A stretch of 61,312 bases of DNA, the filler included, from Trypethelium eluteriae (lineage: Eukaryota), in assembly GCA_051942245.1 (NCBI GenBank). It is 2 parts of 2 records of this genome, joined end to end, with 100 filler letters (N's around TTAATTAATTAA, not from the genome) between each part and the next. Parts side by side here need not be neighbours in the genome. Positions count along the whole stretch, not along the records: positions 30,800 to 61,312 come from JAVECL010000285.1; 1 more part is not named here. The stretch is one strand, 5' to 3'. Position 1 is the stretch's first letter. Each line of letters begins with the position of its first letter. Below, one piece after another: positions 48,095 through 61,312 of the stretch. The notes under the pieces were generated by a model. That model made no database searches and was not told the origin of the DNA. It was given only the letters and a program-made list of their open reading frames with translations. The position numbers and the translations under genes were made by a program.

Positions 48095-48780
48095 ATGACC
48101 TCCTGGATGGAAGAGTACTTATTGGCTTTGGAGGAGCGTGATACTCGAGAAAAGGCACAGATAAGCTATATAAACGCATGTTCGTATTCAAAACTCTGGC
48201 TTAATTGGCTTTACTAACCGATATCTGGGCTGTAGATACAAAGCTTGCAGACCGCACCGCAGCTCTCGAAGCAAAGTCCACGACGACTCCAACTGTGTCA
48301 TCCCCCTCACCGACCCCATCTGTGCAGGCCGGCGCAAAGCAGGTCACAGCACGACGAGGCAAGTCTGTATCCAACAAGGAGGAAGATGCATCAACTGGAG
48401 ATACTTTGGGTCGACTTCGAATCGATCTCGCAACAACACAGAAGTCGCGCGCCGATCTTCAAGCCCGTCTAAAGCCCCTCACAGAAGAGCTCGAGAAAGC
48501 AAAATTGAAATCGGAAAAGGATCTGAAAAGGATTGAAGACCTAACACGCGAAAGGATTACCCTCGAGCGGAAATTGCGGGATCGGGACGAGGAGCTGAAA
48601 GGTAAGGCAAGACTCGTCGAAGATGTGCAAGACGAAATGGTATCCCTGAATCTGCAGCTCAACATGGCTGAGCAGCGTTCGGAGAAATTGGAAAAGGAAA
48701 ACAAGGAGTTGGTTGATAGGTGGATGGTGAGGATGGGCAAAGAGGCCGATGAGATGAATGATGCTTCTAGGTGGACCTGA
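48095..48780 (+). CDS. ATG16: Autophagy protein 16, 2 exons (intron ~48180-48235)
   Basis: MTSWMEEYLLALEERDTREKA...Y|TKLADRTA; coiled coil with VQDEMVSLNLQLNMAE...ENKELVDRWM. Confidence 0.88.
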
Positions 48781-48919
48781 AACCCACCAGGCAAGGAACG
48801 AGTCCACGCCATTATGTACGGCGCCAATGATGTCTATTATACACAGAAAGGCGCACCTCGACCCAAGGAATCTATCGCTGAGGGTATCACACGCTGCATC
48901 ATGATGTACAAGTCGTGTC

Positions 48920-50215
48920 TCATTGATTTGCGCACTGAGCTTCCCCGTCTTCGTTAACGTCCTCGTCCGCGTCGTACCAGTCTGCTCCTGCCCGAGGGTC
49001 ATCCGAGCCGGCTCCAAAATTATCAAGAGATGCGTCTGGGTCGTATTCTACCTCGTCGACTGTCTCTGCGATCTTCGATGGGCCTGGCTTCGGGAGGAGC
49101 TCTCGCAATTTCTGTACGCTCGCGTCATCTGTAAGCCAGCCGTCCTCTGGGAACTTGATCTTCACGAGAAGATAAAGGTCGCCTTTCTGGTCACTCTTCT
49201 TCAGGGGCATTCCCTCGCCCGCAACCTTTAGGATCTGGTCCGGCCGCATTAGCTGACCCCGCGGTAGGTTGATTTGTATCCCACGACCATCTAGGTGTGT
49301 TAGAAACACACGGTTGAACCCTGTCAGTGCCTCTGCAAGAGTAACATTCAACTCTGCCTTCAAGTCTGGGCCTGCTCGCCTGAATTTTTCGTGTGGGACC
49401 TCTACTAGCTCAAAAATGATATCTCCTGGTTCCTGGCCTGGATATTGGTCCGCTTCTCCCTGTAGTACAATCTTTTCGCCTTCTCTCGATCCCCGTGGTA
49501 TGTATAATTCCAGCACCTTTCTTGTCTGCAGAACTCTTTTCCCCTTGCATTTCTTGCACTTTTCCTTCTCCTTGTAGATCTCTCCGGCACCCTTGCATGT
49601 GCTGCACTCGCTTGTGCTCTGCGTAACCAGTCCAGGACCCACCTGTTTTAGTCCCGTAGTCACCCCTCGTCCCTTGCATGCTTCACATTGTTTCGGCTTC
49701 GCCCCTTGTTTGCCTCCGGATCCCTTGCATGAAGTGCACACTACATTTTTCGTGCTCGCAAAGCGCGTCGTCTTGCCCTTATATAACTCTTCAAGTGTGA
49801 CCTCGTAGTCCTGCTCCTCATTTGCTCCCTTCCTTGGCCGTTTGGGCATGCTTCCACCGCCGAATCTGCCTCCCATTCCCGGAAAACCATCACCTCCCAT
49901 ATTCATGCCAAACATCTGTGACAGCAGATCATCCATATCCATACCGGCACCAGGCGCACCGGCACCAGAAGCTGGATCAAACGCTGCCATTCCATGGGTA
50001 TCGTATAGATGACGTTTGTCATCATCGTAAAGGATCTCATAGGCTCGGGACACGGATTTAAATCGGATTTCTGCAGTTTCCCTTTCCTCGGTGGGTACTT
50101 TGTCTGGATGCGAGGTGAGGGCAGCTTTGTGGTATGCTTTCTTGATTTCTGCTTTACTAGCAGTTTCGCTAATGCCGAGAACTTCATAGAGGTCAAGTTC
50201 CGTCGTGGTAGCCAT
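48920..50215 (-). CDS. Type I DnaJ/Hsp40 co-chaperone (Xdj1/Ydj1-like)
   Basis: J domain with HPD, G/F-rich linker, four CxxCxGxG-type repeats, C-terminal CaaX (CANQ). Confidence 0.93.
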   Translation of the reverse strand: MATTTELDLYEVLGISETASKAEIKKAYHKAALTSHPDKVPTEERETAEIRFKSVSRAYEILYDDDKRHLYDTHGMAAFDPASGAGAPGAGMDMDDLLSQMFGMNMGGDGFPGMGGRFGGGSMPKRPRKGANEEQDYEVTLEELYKGKTTRFASTKNVVCTSCKGSGGKQGAKPKQCEACKGRGVTTGLKQVGPGLVTQSTSECSTCKGAGEIYKEKEKCKKCKGKRVLQTRKVLELYIPRGSREGEKIVLQGEADQYPGQEPGDIIFELVEVPHEKFRRAGPDLKAELNVTLAEALTGFNRVFLTHLDGRGIQINLPRGQLMRPDQILKVAGEGMPLKKSDQKGDLYLLVKIKFPEDGWLTDDASVQKLRELLPKPGPSKIAETVDEVEYDPDASLDNFGAGSDDPRAGADWYDADEDVNEDGEAQCANQ

Positions 50216-50488
50216 TGCAAGGTAAAGTTAGACGGGTATCATTGGTAGAGGACGCGGCACTGGTGGCGGATGTTGAAGCCGTTCTTACTACAAAGGTGGT
50301 CTTTTGTAGACCCCCAGCTGTTGAGACAGAGATGAACGTGTCAATCAAAAAGCATTTGAGTCATGGATCCGTGTTTACTGGGGCAGTGGACGAGAATCTG
50401 TAAAAGGCAGGAAAAATAGTTTCGAAACCTCCGAGGATATCAATACGCCGCCGCATTCCGAGCTTCTGCCGCCAATCTGAGGCATTGA

Positions 50489-52553
<2,065 letters not shown>

Positions 52554-52877
52554 GCCAACGCTCTCTTGCCCAAAAAAAGTAAGACGAATATAGTAGGACG
52601 CGGTATGACTACCTTTGAAATGTTCTGTAAGAAGTGCTGGTATACACTGCATCATTGCCATTCATTATATCTACAAGCTTCATCTCGCGCAATCCTCCCA
52701 GATACGACAAGAATGGGGACTCTTTGATCGGTTGCCGATCCTCTACATTTCGTTACCCAACTCCTCTATCATGCCTAAACGACAGACGTGATGCAACATT
52801 CAGATTGCCTATGGCTTGAATCCCAAAAGCCGGCGCCAGTCGTTATATCACATACATACTCACTCATCAAAACCCCT

Positions 52878-55130
52878 CTATGACGCCTGCGTTGCGTTCA
52901 AGCTGATCGTCGGCAACTCTACCATATGCACCTTCTGTCCCCCAATCGGCCTTAGCGTCACCGTTGCCGGAGTGCTCTGACACGTTCGATCCGCCAACGC
53001 CGGCACCACATCTGGAACGCTATTCCTGTACAAGCCCCACTCGATCTCGCATCCTTGAGCTGTGATCCACGTCGGTGGGGCGCCAGGCGCAAAGATCGGG
53101 TCGGGCAGCGAGGTAGTACCGGACGAAGAGTTGGCGAGACTGGAATGGAACTCCAGGGTGCTGGGGTCGATGGCGATGTTCCAGGCAGAAGAGTTGAAGA
53201 GCTGGTAATCGCGGCTCTGCGAGGGCGCATAGCCATCGGGGTAGAATTCGTTCTCTGGGTTGTAGAATTTGGGGGGCGTGGATGTGTTGGTGTAGGAGAT
53301 CTCGAGGGCGTAGACTAGTGCGCCATAGTGGATTGCAACTGTGTCGTTTGGACGCGCCTCTGAGATGATAGAGGTTTCGAGGGTGTAGGTGATGCTGGAT
53401 TGACCGGCGGGAAGGGAGACCCGGTGGAGGCTGGAGGTGGGATCTGGGGAGAGTGGAGTGGATGCGCGTTTATAGCGATCGGAGCTTTCGGAAGAGACGG
53501 AAATGCTGGAGCTGCTGAGGTCCGCCCAGGAGGGAACTCGTACGTAGAAGTCAAAGCCTGAAGAGGTGGTGATATCGTAGGAGAGAACGTTATTGAATGG
53601 ATACATGGTGTCGCAGTTGATTGTCACATCGTTAGAACCAATCGTAGTGCCAACGGTTCCCGGACTGAGAAGGGCGTGGGCTAGACCATTGGGCGCATTA
53701 GTAAATAGTGCGGAGACAAACTTAGGGAAACCTTGAGGATGATTGACAGTACAGCAGGGGTAGTCCGGCTCCAGACCGAAGCTTGATGACCAAGTGTTAT
53801 CGTTCCAGTAGATCATCTCGCTCATATTGAGAGCCCAGGGCTGATTTTCCTCAACCATGTACTGACGGGCCCACCAGTCCGGACTTAACATGGTGGGAAG
53901 AGCATTGAAGGCAGCCAATTCAGCGCGATCAGCGTAATAGTTTTGTCCAAGAGCTTGGTAGAGATAGCTCATTGAATACATGGTTTCCACAGCTGTGCAT
54001 AGCTCGGCACCTTGGTACGGAGCAAGACCATCCTCTCGTTCATCCCCAATGACTGAGCCCATACTGTTGCCATGGTACTGGAAGGTGGCATTAACACCAT
54101 ATTGGGTTGCATCAACCATAGAGTCGTTATGCGTGTAGCGGCGGAAGACGGCTAGCTGTTTGAGACCTTGCCCGGCGTTTACACCGTGGAAGTATGGAAA
54201 CATATTGCCACCATCCCCAGTACCATAAACATTGTACAGATCCTCCTCGATGAAGACACCAGGAACCCAATAATCTGCAAAAGTAATGCTCGAATTAATA
54301 AGCATACCCATATTATCCAGTAACAATTGAGAGTTGTTCTGCGGAAAGTTCTCATACAGCCATTGAAGTGAAATGAGTTGATCCTATCAACCTGGATCAG
54401 TATGGCATCGTGTGGGAGCCGTGAGATTTCGACCTTACCTGCACTCGGACTTGTCCCCATTGAAAGTCACCTGCAGAGGGTTCGTTCGCGACATTTCCTT
54501 GATATACAAAGCCTGCACCATTGTCCAAAAGCATGGAGTTCATCAATTCAAAGTAACGATGCAAAGCCGTGACGACTTTATCCTGATACGTAGCTGAGTC
54601 GGCCTCAATAAGTTGAATCAATCCGAGACAGAACGGAAATCGTGCCCAGAATAATCTAGCTGGACCAGTCTCAGGTCCAAGCCAGCCATCAGAGGCTTGA
54701 AGGTCCAGCACGGCGTTAACAGCATCAGCGACCTGACCTTTTAGACGTGTATCGTCAAGGTGATATGCCAGTGGAACGATGCCATTGAACCAATACGGGA
54801 ATCCCTCATTGAGATCACTGTACTCTCCCCAGGACACGTTGGTATTTCCCGTCCAAGTACTGTTTGCGACGAAGCGGTAGAAATCATGTTCGTGACCAGC
54901 GAGACCATTAGCCATTTGGCTTAATTGATCCTGAAGCCATCCAGCCGGTTTCACGGTACCCAGAGGCAGGGGCTTCAAGGCCCATGGAACGACTAAATGG
55001 AGCCCTTAGCTACGGCCATGCCCCTCGGGAAAAAAGAGTACATACGACCATCGCTGTTATTACTAGTCTGAGCATTAGTAGATGTACTCGAAAATATGGC
55101 CGCAACGCCTAGCGATTTGGTGAGCCTCAT
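52878..55130 (-). CDS. Secreted GH127/GH146-like (DUF1680) glycosidase, putative beta-L-arabinofuranosidase, 3 exons
   Basis: Signal peptide MRLTKSLGVAAIFSS; PLPLGTVKPAGWL; HGVN; AELCTAVE and YPCCTVN (ExC...CC zinc/catalytic residues); VRVPSWA. Confidence 0.8.
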
Positions 55131-57347
55131 AACGCTTGAAGTTATGGGGATGATTAGATTCGGTACTACCTTGGCCGAGTTTGAGGATCTTCTGCAAATT
55201 TATATCCATTCGCCTTACCGCCGAAAATCCGGTTCACTACATGTACTAGGGGGCAGTGAGGAGGGGTCTTACTATGTATTACGGAGTACCTACCTAGAGC
55301 ACGCAGCGACCCATCATTGCCTTTGGAGAATCCTTCGAAGGATCCGGTCCAATGAAAGTGGTCAGATCCTTTCTCCCTTCCCTACACCTAGGGATACTCC
55401 GTAATACCGGTCCATCAATCTCAACATTTTGCCGTCGAAGAGATCGCGGAGCTGAGGAGCTCACCACTCAAGGCAAGAAGTTTCTCGGAATTGACACAAT
55501 CTCAAAATCCATCCGCTCATGGGGAAGCGATTCGGCCGACAACCAACTTAGAAGTTTCAGTTTCAGATGATCGGAGAGATAATCGATGCCCTTGGACCCT
55601 CGGGCCTCCCTGCGCCGCGTTGTTCTCTCCAATCAAATTTTCTTGCAAGGATCAGAATGATCCTACAGCAACTGACTGCGCCCGATGTCTTCGACGTGTA
55701 TTGGCGATCTCTCATACTATATTTTCTATTACTGCCCGGCGAAGATAAGGCCCAAGTCTGCTTTGCTAGGACCCTTACGTCGATCTCTTTTTTAAGATCA
55801 AATTCTCCATTGAAGGATGCCGTAAAAATCGGATGCTTGAGAATAGCACCGATAGGGTAAAGGGAGGGAATCAGCATATTAATCCACGAGCTTCTATCGC
55901 ACAAGGTGCCTGCGTAAAGTAGGGGCTCGTCAGGGCCTCATTACGTGCCTTAGCGCTGTAGTTAGGGTACCATTTAAAGCACGGTAGATCATGTAGAGTA
56001 ATTGGTAGGCTGAGATCTTCAAAACGCCGAGGATATTTCAGCGTCATTCCCTCGTCGGATTTAACCACGAGGACTGCGTACGAGGCTGAAGGGACTCACA
56101 AATTATCATAAAGCACAGCTCATTCACAAAGTGCTGTATCATTGCATGTCTCTTTCATATGAGATTTAACCTTGGAATCTTCCTTGCAAGGAAGACCATC
56201 CACTCGGTATGATACTCTTTGACGGTACATTGTGATTGGGCCCAAAGGCGTCTTCCGCAGACCATTGTCGCTGTACTTGGACGAGTCCGATCCGACTGCT
56301 GCAACGTTTCATCGTACTAGGAGCTGGATACTACGATGGGTAATTCTGCGCAGTAGCTCTGCGTCAAATGATGTCAAGGAAGAGCGAAAGAGGGGCTTTG
56401 GAGGTCATCTGTACGACCCACACGCATAGGCCATCCTCATCCCAATCACCTCTTACCGGAACACCCAAAGCAACCAATCTCCGAGATCCCTAATATGTTG
56501 TGCAGAAATTTTCATAATTCTCGGTCTCAAGAAAAGGAGGTGTTGAAGCACTAAAAAGGGTCAACGTGTCCACCTCTGATAAAAAGAACATTTATGTCGA
56601 TATCGCAGCAGAAAATCGGAAAGCTGCATCAGCCATCTCCTGGATGTATGAGCCTTGTGCGGTCTGGGCGTACGCTGCTCCTGAGCTATGGCTCTTGCAT
56701 AAGCCCTGTTTGGATTTGCCAGTGTAAATTTTCCATCAAAGCGATTGCAGAACTCTTTAATCTATGGAGTACTAGAAGACTATCTGATATGGACAAGAAA
56801 TACAGCCAACAGCTGTCCCGGAAATTGAAACAAGAGAACGAATGGCATGGTTACGACTATTCAGCTATCTCGCTTCCCTCTTGCGTCCGTAAGTGAAATC
56901 AACTAACAGGTTCTTTCTATGACGCTAGCTTAATGAAAGGTAGAGTGAGTAGTTGTATGATCTATAGGTGGTGAGGAAAAGGGCAAATCCAATTCAGTTC
57001 ATGGCAGGGGAATTGGCGCAGTGATTGGCCACTTGGCGTGGTCGACCTTAGGAGAATTGGGTCTCCTGCGGCAGTGCGGAGTACTCCATATAAGACATGC
57101 ATCTGCCAACGTTTTTGACACTCACAATACCACGCATAAATTGTGGATTTGTGCAGGACTGCAGTTATGACGACTAGTCAATTTGGGCAGGTCGTAACTT
57201 TGGTCATTCGATGAAAGTGTACCTTGCAGCATCCCCGCAATCTGATAAACATCCTTGTGGCCTCGCAGAGATGCCTCGAACTAGTCGGAAATTCCCAGAT
57301 CTCATCATGGCACACACTTCCTCCACCTCTCTGACCGGGCATTCACC

Positions 57348-60300
57348 ATGTGGCTGCTGTTCGCCGCTTCGTTCTCTTTAGCAATCGCTGCTAACTCTTC
57401 CGATGTTTTGCAGTATGTCAACCCATTGATTGGCACGGACAATGGAGGAAACGTCTTTGCCGGAGCTACATTGCCGTAAGTACCTTTTCCAATGTACCTT
57501 TTCAGCGGAGAGAAGGGGTGCTCGGATAGAGTAGAGGCCAGCGAAGTTTGCGAGGTGAAACCTAGAGGTTACGAGAGCGAGACAAAGGTTATGTCTCCCT
57601 ATTGTACTCTAGACATACGTTTACGTCTAAAATCCTCGTTGATTCTCTTAGCTCAGATTCATATCTCCTTTGCTGTTAGTGAGAAGGAAAGTAGAGCAAG
57701 CGCTCGACGTGGTCTTTGCATACCTTACCGCGGTTGAGGGGTTCCTCAACTGGTCATCAACACAATGTTACCTCAGTGTCACTGTCATGACCTTATTGAC
57801 CTATGTTAAGGCGGCGTTAGCATAGGCCAACAAGGTCATAATAGTAAAGTTGAAATAACATTATATTGATTACCAGTTGGGGAAACCCCCCCTCCGCGGT
57901 AAGGTAGTTTTGATATTTCCCGTAGCGCGCTCGCATGGTAACCTTTTGCTTCTAAGTTTTTGCAATGGCAAACCCGTCCCTTGGATATGACGACTAATTG
58001 TCTACTTAGATATGGCATGGCAAAAGCGGTGGCAGATGTCAGCGGCCAGAACACAGGCGGCTTTTCTCCAGATGGTAGCAATATCACCGGCTTCTCGCAC
58101 ATGCACGACTCTGGCACAGGAGGGAATCCTTCAATGGGTCAATTCCCATTATTCCCGCAATACTGTCCAGATGACGTGATCGATAATTGCCAGTTTCCCA
58201 AATATAACCGAGCCGTCAATCCTGTGTTAGACTCTGTCGTCGCCAAACCTGGCTATTTCTCCCTGTCCTTGGAGAATGGAATGCAGGCTGAGATGACTGT
58301 GACTCAGCATACTGCATTGTACAACTTCGTGTTTCCACAGAATGCCACGAGTAATGGCACTGCACTCAGTCCGGTCATGCTACTGGATTTGACTGATATC
58401 TACGACACTAGACAGAACGCCACAATCATTGTCGACCCTTCGACCGGCCGCATTCAAGGGAATGGTACATTTCTACCAAGTTTTGGCTCCGATTCCTATG
58501 TTCTGCACTTCTGCGCCGATTTTGCTGGAGCACAGGTTATTGATAATGGCGTCTGGGTAAACAACAGAGCTGGAACTGAGCCCAAGCAACTCTTTGTGAC
58601 TCGCGGTTTCAACAATTTCTACTTGCAATCGGGAGGTTGGGTGAGATTTCAACGTCCCTCCAATGGTACAATAACTGCTCGCGTCGGCGTCAGTTGGATC
58701 AGCGCGGACAGAGCTTGCTCAAATGCCGAAAATGAATTACCAAATCCCCTCACTGCCTTCAATGCAACAAGAACGCGAGCAGAGAATGCCTGGCGGAAAC
58801 AGCTAAGCCCGATCTCTTTGCAGACTGCTGGCGTCAACCAAAGCTATGTAGAAAACTTTTACTCAGCTATATACAGGACGATGATTTCCCCACAAGACTA
58901 TACGGGTGAGAACCCGCTTTGGAGTAGCTCTGAACCATATTTTGACTCCTTCTATTGGTAAGTCCCAGATCTGCTCCCGTGCGGAAATATTGATTATCAA
59001 TCCCGTATGGAAGATCAGATGGCAAAAGCTCACTATTCAATGCAGTCTCTGGGATGAATTCCGTGTCCAACTGCCATTCCTGAATATCGTGGATCCAAGT
59101 CAGGTGAGCCGGATGATCCGTAGCCTGCTCGATACGTATCAGCACGAGGGTTGGCTGCCCGATTGCCGCATGTCTCTGTGCAAAGGCTGGACACAGGGTG
59201 GATCCAACGCAGACGTGGTCCTTGTCGACTCCTATCTTAAGAACATCACTGGTGTTGACTGGAATCTGGCCAAGGAAGCTATAGTCAACGATGCCGAGAA
59301 TGAACCTATTGACTGGAAGGACGAGGGGCGCGGAGGACTCCAGTCTTGGAAACGTCTGAATTACATCCCGTACCTAGACTACGACTACCTGGGGTTTGGT
59401 ACAAATTCAAGAAGTATTTCTCGGACTCTGGAGTATTCTTATAACGACTTTTGCTTGTCAACTTTGGCTGGCGGCCTTGGCTCTGCAGACGAGCATACAA
59501 AGTATCTTGCAAGAGCCAGTAATTGGCGTAACCTCTTCAAAGCGGATCAGACATCATCAATCAATGGCACCGACACAGGATTTGTGGGCTTTTTCCAGCC
59601 CAAATTCCTCAATCAGACCTGGGGCTATCAAGATCCTATTGCTTGTAGCCCCTTGACCGATTTCTGTTCCCTTACGACAAATCCATCCGAGACTTTCGAG
59701 AGTAGTGTCTGGGAATACCAGTTGTGAGTTTAGTGATAGCTGATACATTTGCATTCTATTGATACCATCAAGCTTTGTGCCGCATGACATGGCTGGCAAT
59801 ATTCAGCTCCTTGGCGGCCCGGACAAATTTATTTCCCGTCTTGACTACTACTTTAGCTCCGGTCTCGCCGACATTTCCAACGAACCGGTTTTTCTCTCCG
59901 TCTACGCTTATCACTACGCTGGACGCCCAGCACTATCAACCAAGCGGGCGCATAGCTATGTCCCAGCATACTTTAACGCGACGACTACTGGATTACCAGG
60001 GAATGATGACTCTGGGGCAGCCGCTGCCTTTACCATTTTCACGATGATGGGCTTGTTCCCCAATGCCGGCCAGAATGTCTACCTAATTAGTGCACCTTTC
60101 TTCGAGGCCGTATCAGTAACCAGTCCTGCTACAAATCGTACTGCGACGATCCGGAGCACCAATTTCGATCCGACCTACGAGAATGTTTATATCCAGAATG
60201 CAACGTTGAACGGAAAGCCTTACTCAAAGAATTGGATCGGGCACGAGTTCTTTACAGAGGGAATGACGCTAGAATTGACGCTAGGATCCAATGAAAGTAC

Positions 60301-60379
60301 CTGGGGTACCAGCGACGCGGACTTACCACCTAGCTTGTCAACTAGTACCGGGTCCATGATGTACAAAATGATGTTTTAA
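57348..60379 (+). CDS. Secreted GH92 alpha-1,2-mannosidase, 4 exons (first intron 57476-58009)
   Basis: YVNPLIGTDNGGNVFAGATLP|YGMAKAVAD; GFSHMHDSGTGG; TQGGSNAD; SRTLEYSYND; NEP; PGNDDSGA. Confidence 0.93.
57723..57904. mobile_element. Palindromic MITE-like element, copy 2, inside GH92 intron 1, flanked by TA
   Basis: TA-CCTTACCGCGG...CCGCGGTAAGG-TA; ~85-bp imperfect arms around a short loop. Reverse-complement homolog of 35601-35781. Confidence 0.85.
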
Positions 60380-60683
60380 GGTTATAGCTGAGTGAGTTGG
60401 GATTGGCTAGCAACTTGTATATACAGCCGAATTCTCAGTCAAAACTTTCGCAAATACACACGGGTATCCGTACTAAAGCATCAATGCTCATCCCAACCTC
60501 TTTTTCCCCCTATCCAATTGACAGCGCTATGCCTGGAATCTCATGCAGACCATCTTTACACTGGGCAACTTTACGGGCCCCAACCTATTTGTAAGTCCAC
60601 TCAAATCATCTACATCCAGCAAATACAAACTCGCCAGGGACCAGAGCCCCCACCACTCGAACCATCATGACATCACCCGTCTT

Positions 60684-61312
60684 CTACTTCCCTAACATCG
60701 TTAACGGATACTCATCAATCTCATGACTATCCATCTTCCAAATCGCAATATCCTTGACCACATCATACGGCACACCCTTCACCACCCTCCTCTTCCGCTC
60801 AAACTCCGCCCCATCCTCCCCGACCACCATCTCTGAAATCACCCTTCCAACCTCAAAACACAGCCGGCCGACGCCAACCCACCGAAACTTATCAAACTGC
60901 GCCCCCACCAGATCCAGCCCCATACCCACCTCATGATGCTGCACCTCCATCGCCTCCAACTGCTGCACAAGCGCCGGGCTCGCCGGATCCATCAACACCC
61001 GACACGCCACCAGCTTCGTCAGAAACGGCAGCAGCAGACGCATCAGCGAGATATTGTCGTCATACATCGACACCCCCAGCTGCGTGAGGTTCGGACACCC
61101 GCGCACGAGCTGCCCGATCTCGTCGGCGCCCAGCGTCCAGTGGTGCGAGAGCAGCAGGTGCGTCAGGTTGGCGCCGTGGCGCGCGGTGATGCTGTTGAGG
61201 TAGAGCGCGGCGAGGCTGGCGGTGGCGGGCGAGGCTTCCGGTGGCGTCTGGTCGGGCGTTAGTAGCGGGCTGGCGTGCGTGCTGCCGGGTTGGGAGGGGG
61301 CGGAGGTGGAGG
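60684..61312 (-). CDS. 3' part of an uncharacterised protein (possibly LRR/RNI-like), truncated at the window edge
   Basis: Open GC-rich frame LYLNSITARHGANLTHLLLSHHWTL...LVRGCPNLTQLGVS...IWKMDSHEI; stop at 60684. Confidence 0.65.
   Translation of the reverse strand, partial: STSAPSQPGSTHASPLLTPDQTPPEASPATASLAALYLNSITARHGANLTHLLLSHHWTLGADEIGQLVRGCPNLTQLGVSMYDDNISLMRLLLPFLTKLVACRVLMDPASPALVQQLEAMEVQHHEVGMGLDLVGAQFDKFRWVGVGRLCFEVGRVISEMVVGEDGAEFERKRRVVKGVPYDVVKDIAIWKMDSHEIDEYPLTMLGK

Noticed and set aside
55040..55051. ACATACGACCAT, like the 5' end of fungal 5S rRNA
   Set aside because: Downstream sequence does not continue as 5S; it is the reverse complement of the GH127-like exon/intron donor.

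Overview
Intron-rich filamentous ascomycete (Pezizomycotina-type) genomic DNA. An artificial 100-nt spacer (N44-TTAATTAATTAA-N44, 30700-30799) splits it into two pieces that may not be truly adjacent. Left piece: KRE1-like GPI protein, GPI-anchored GH16, Ras-GEF Cdc25, C2H2/fungal-specific transcription factor, Chs7, FUSC/ArAE-like membrane protein, Alb1, USP deubiquitinase, RPL32 and a Pah1/Hoy1-type homeobox gene. Right piece: 3' end of an Irs4/Tax4-like EH protein, Ser/Thr-rich GPI protein, intronless RNase T2, repeat-rich GPI mucin, membrane aspartic-protease-like gene, a head-to-head thymine 7-hydroxylase / isoorotate decarboxylase pair, CSN5, ATG16, type I DnaJ, mitochondrial GluRS, a divergent GH127-like / GH92 pair, and a partial unknown gene. 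Most notable non-genic signal: two copies, 22 kb apart, of a ~180-bp almost fully palindromic MITE-like element with paired substitutions in both arms; one copy sits in an expanded GH92 intron. Also notable: the protease gene's apparent signal peptide is interrupted by an in-frame TAG. Gene models were spliced by eye and family calls rest on recalled motifs; no searches were run.
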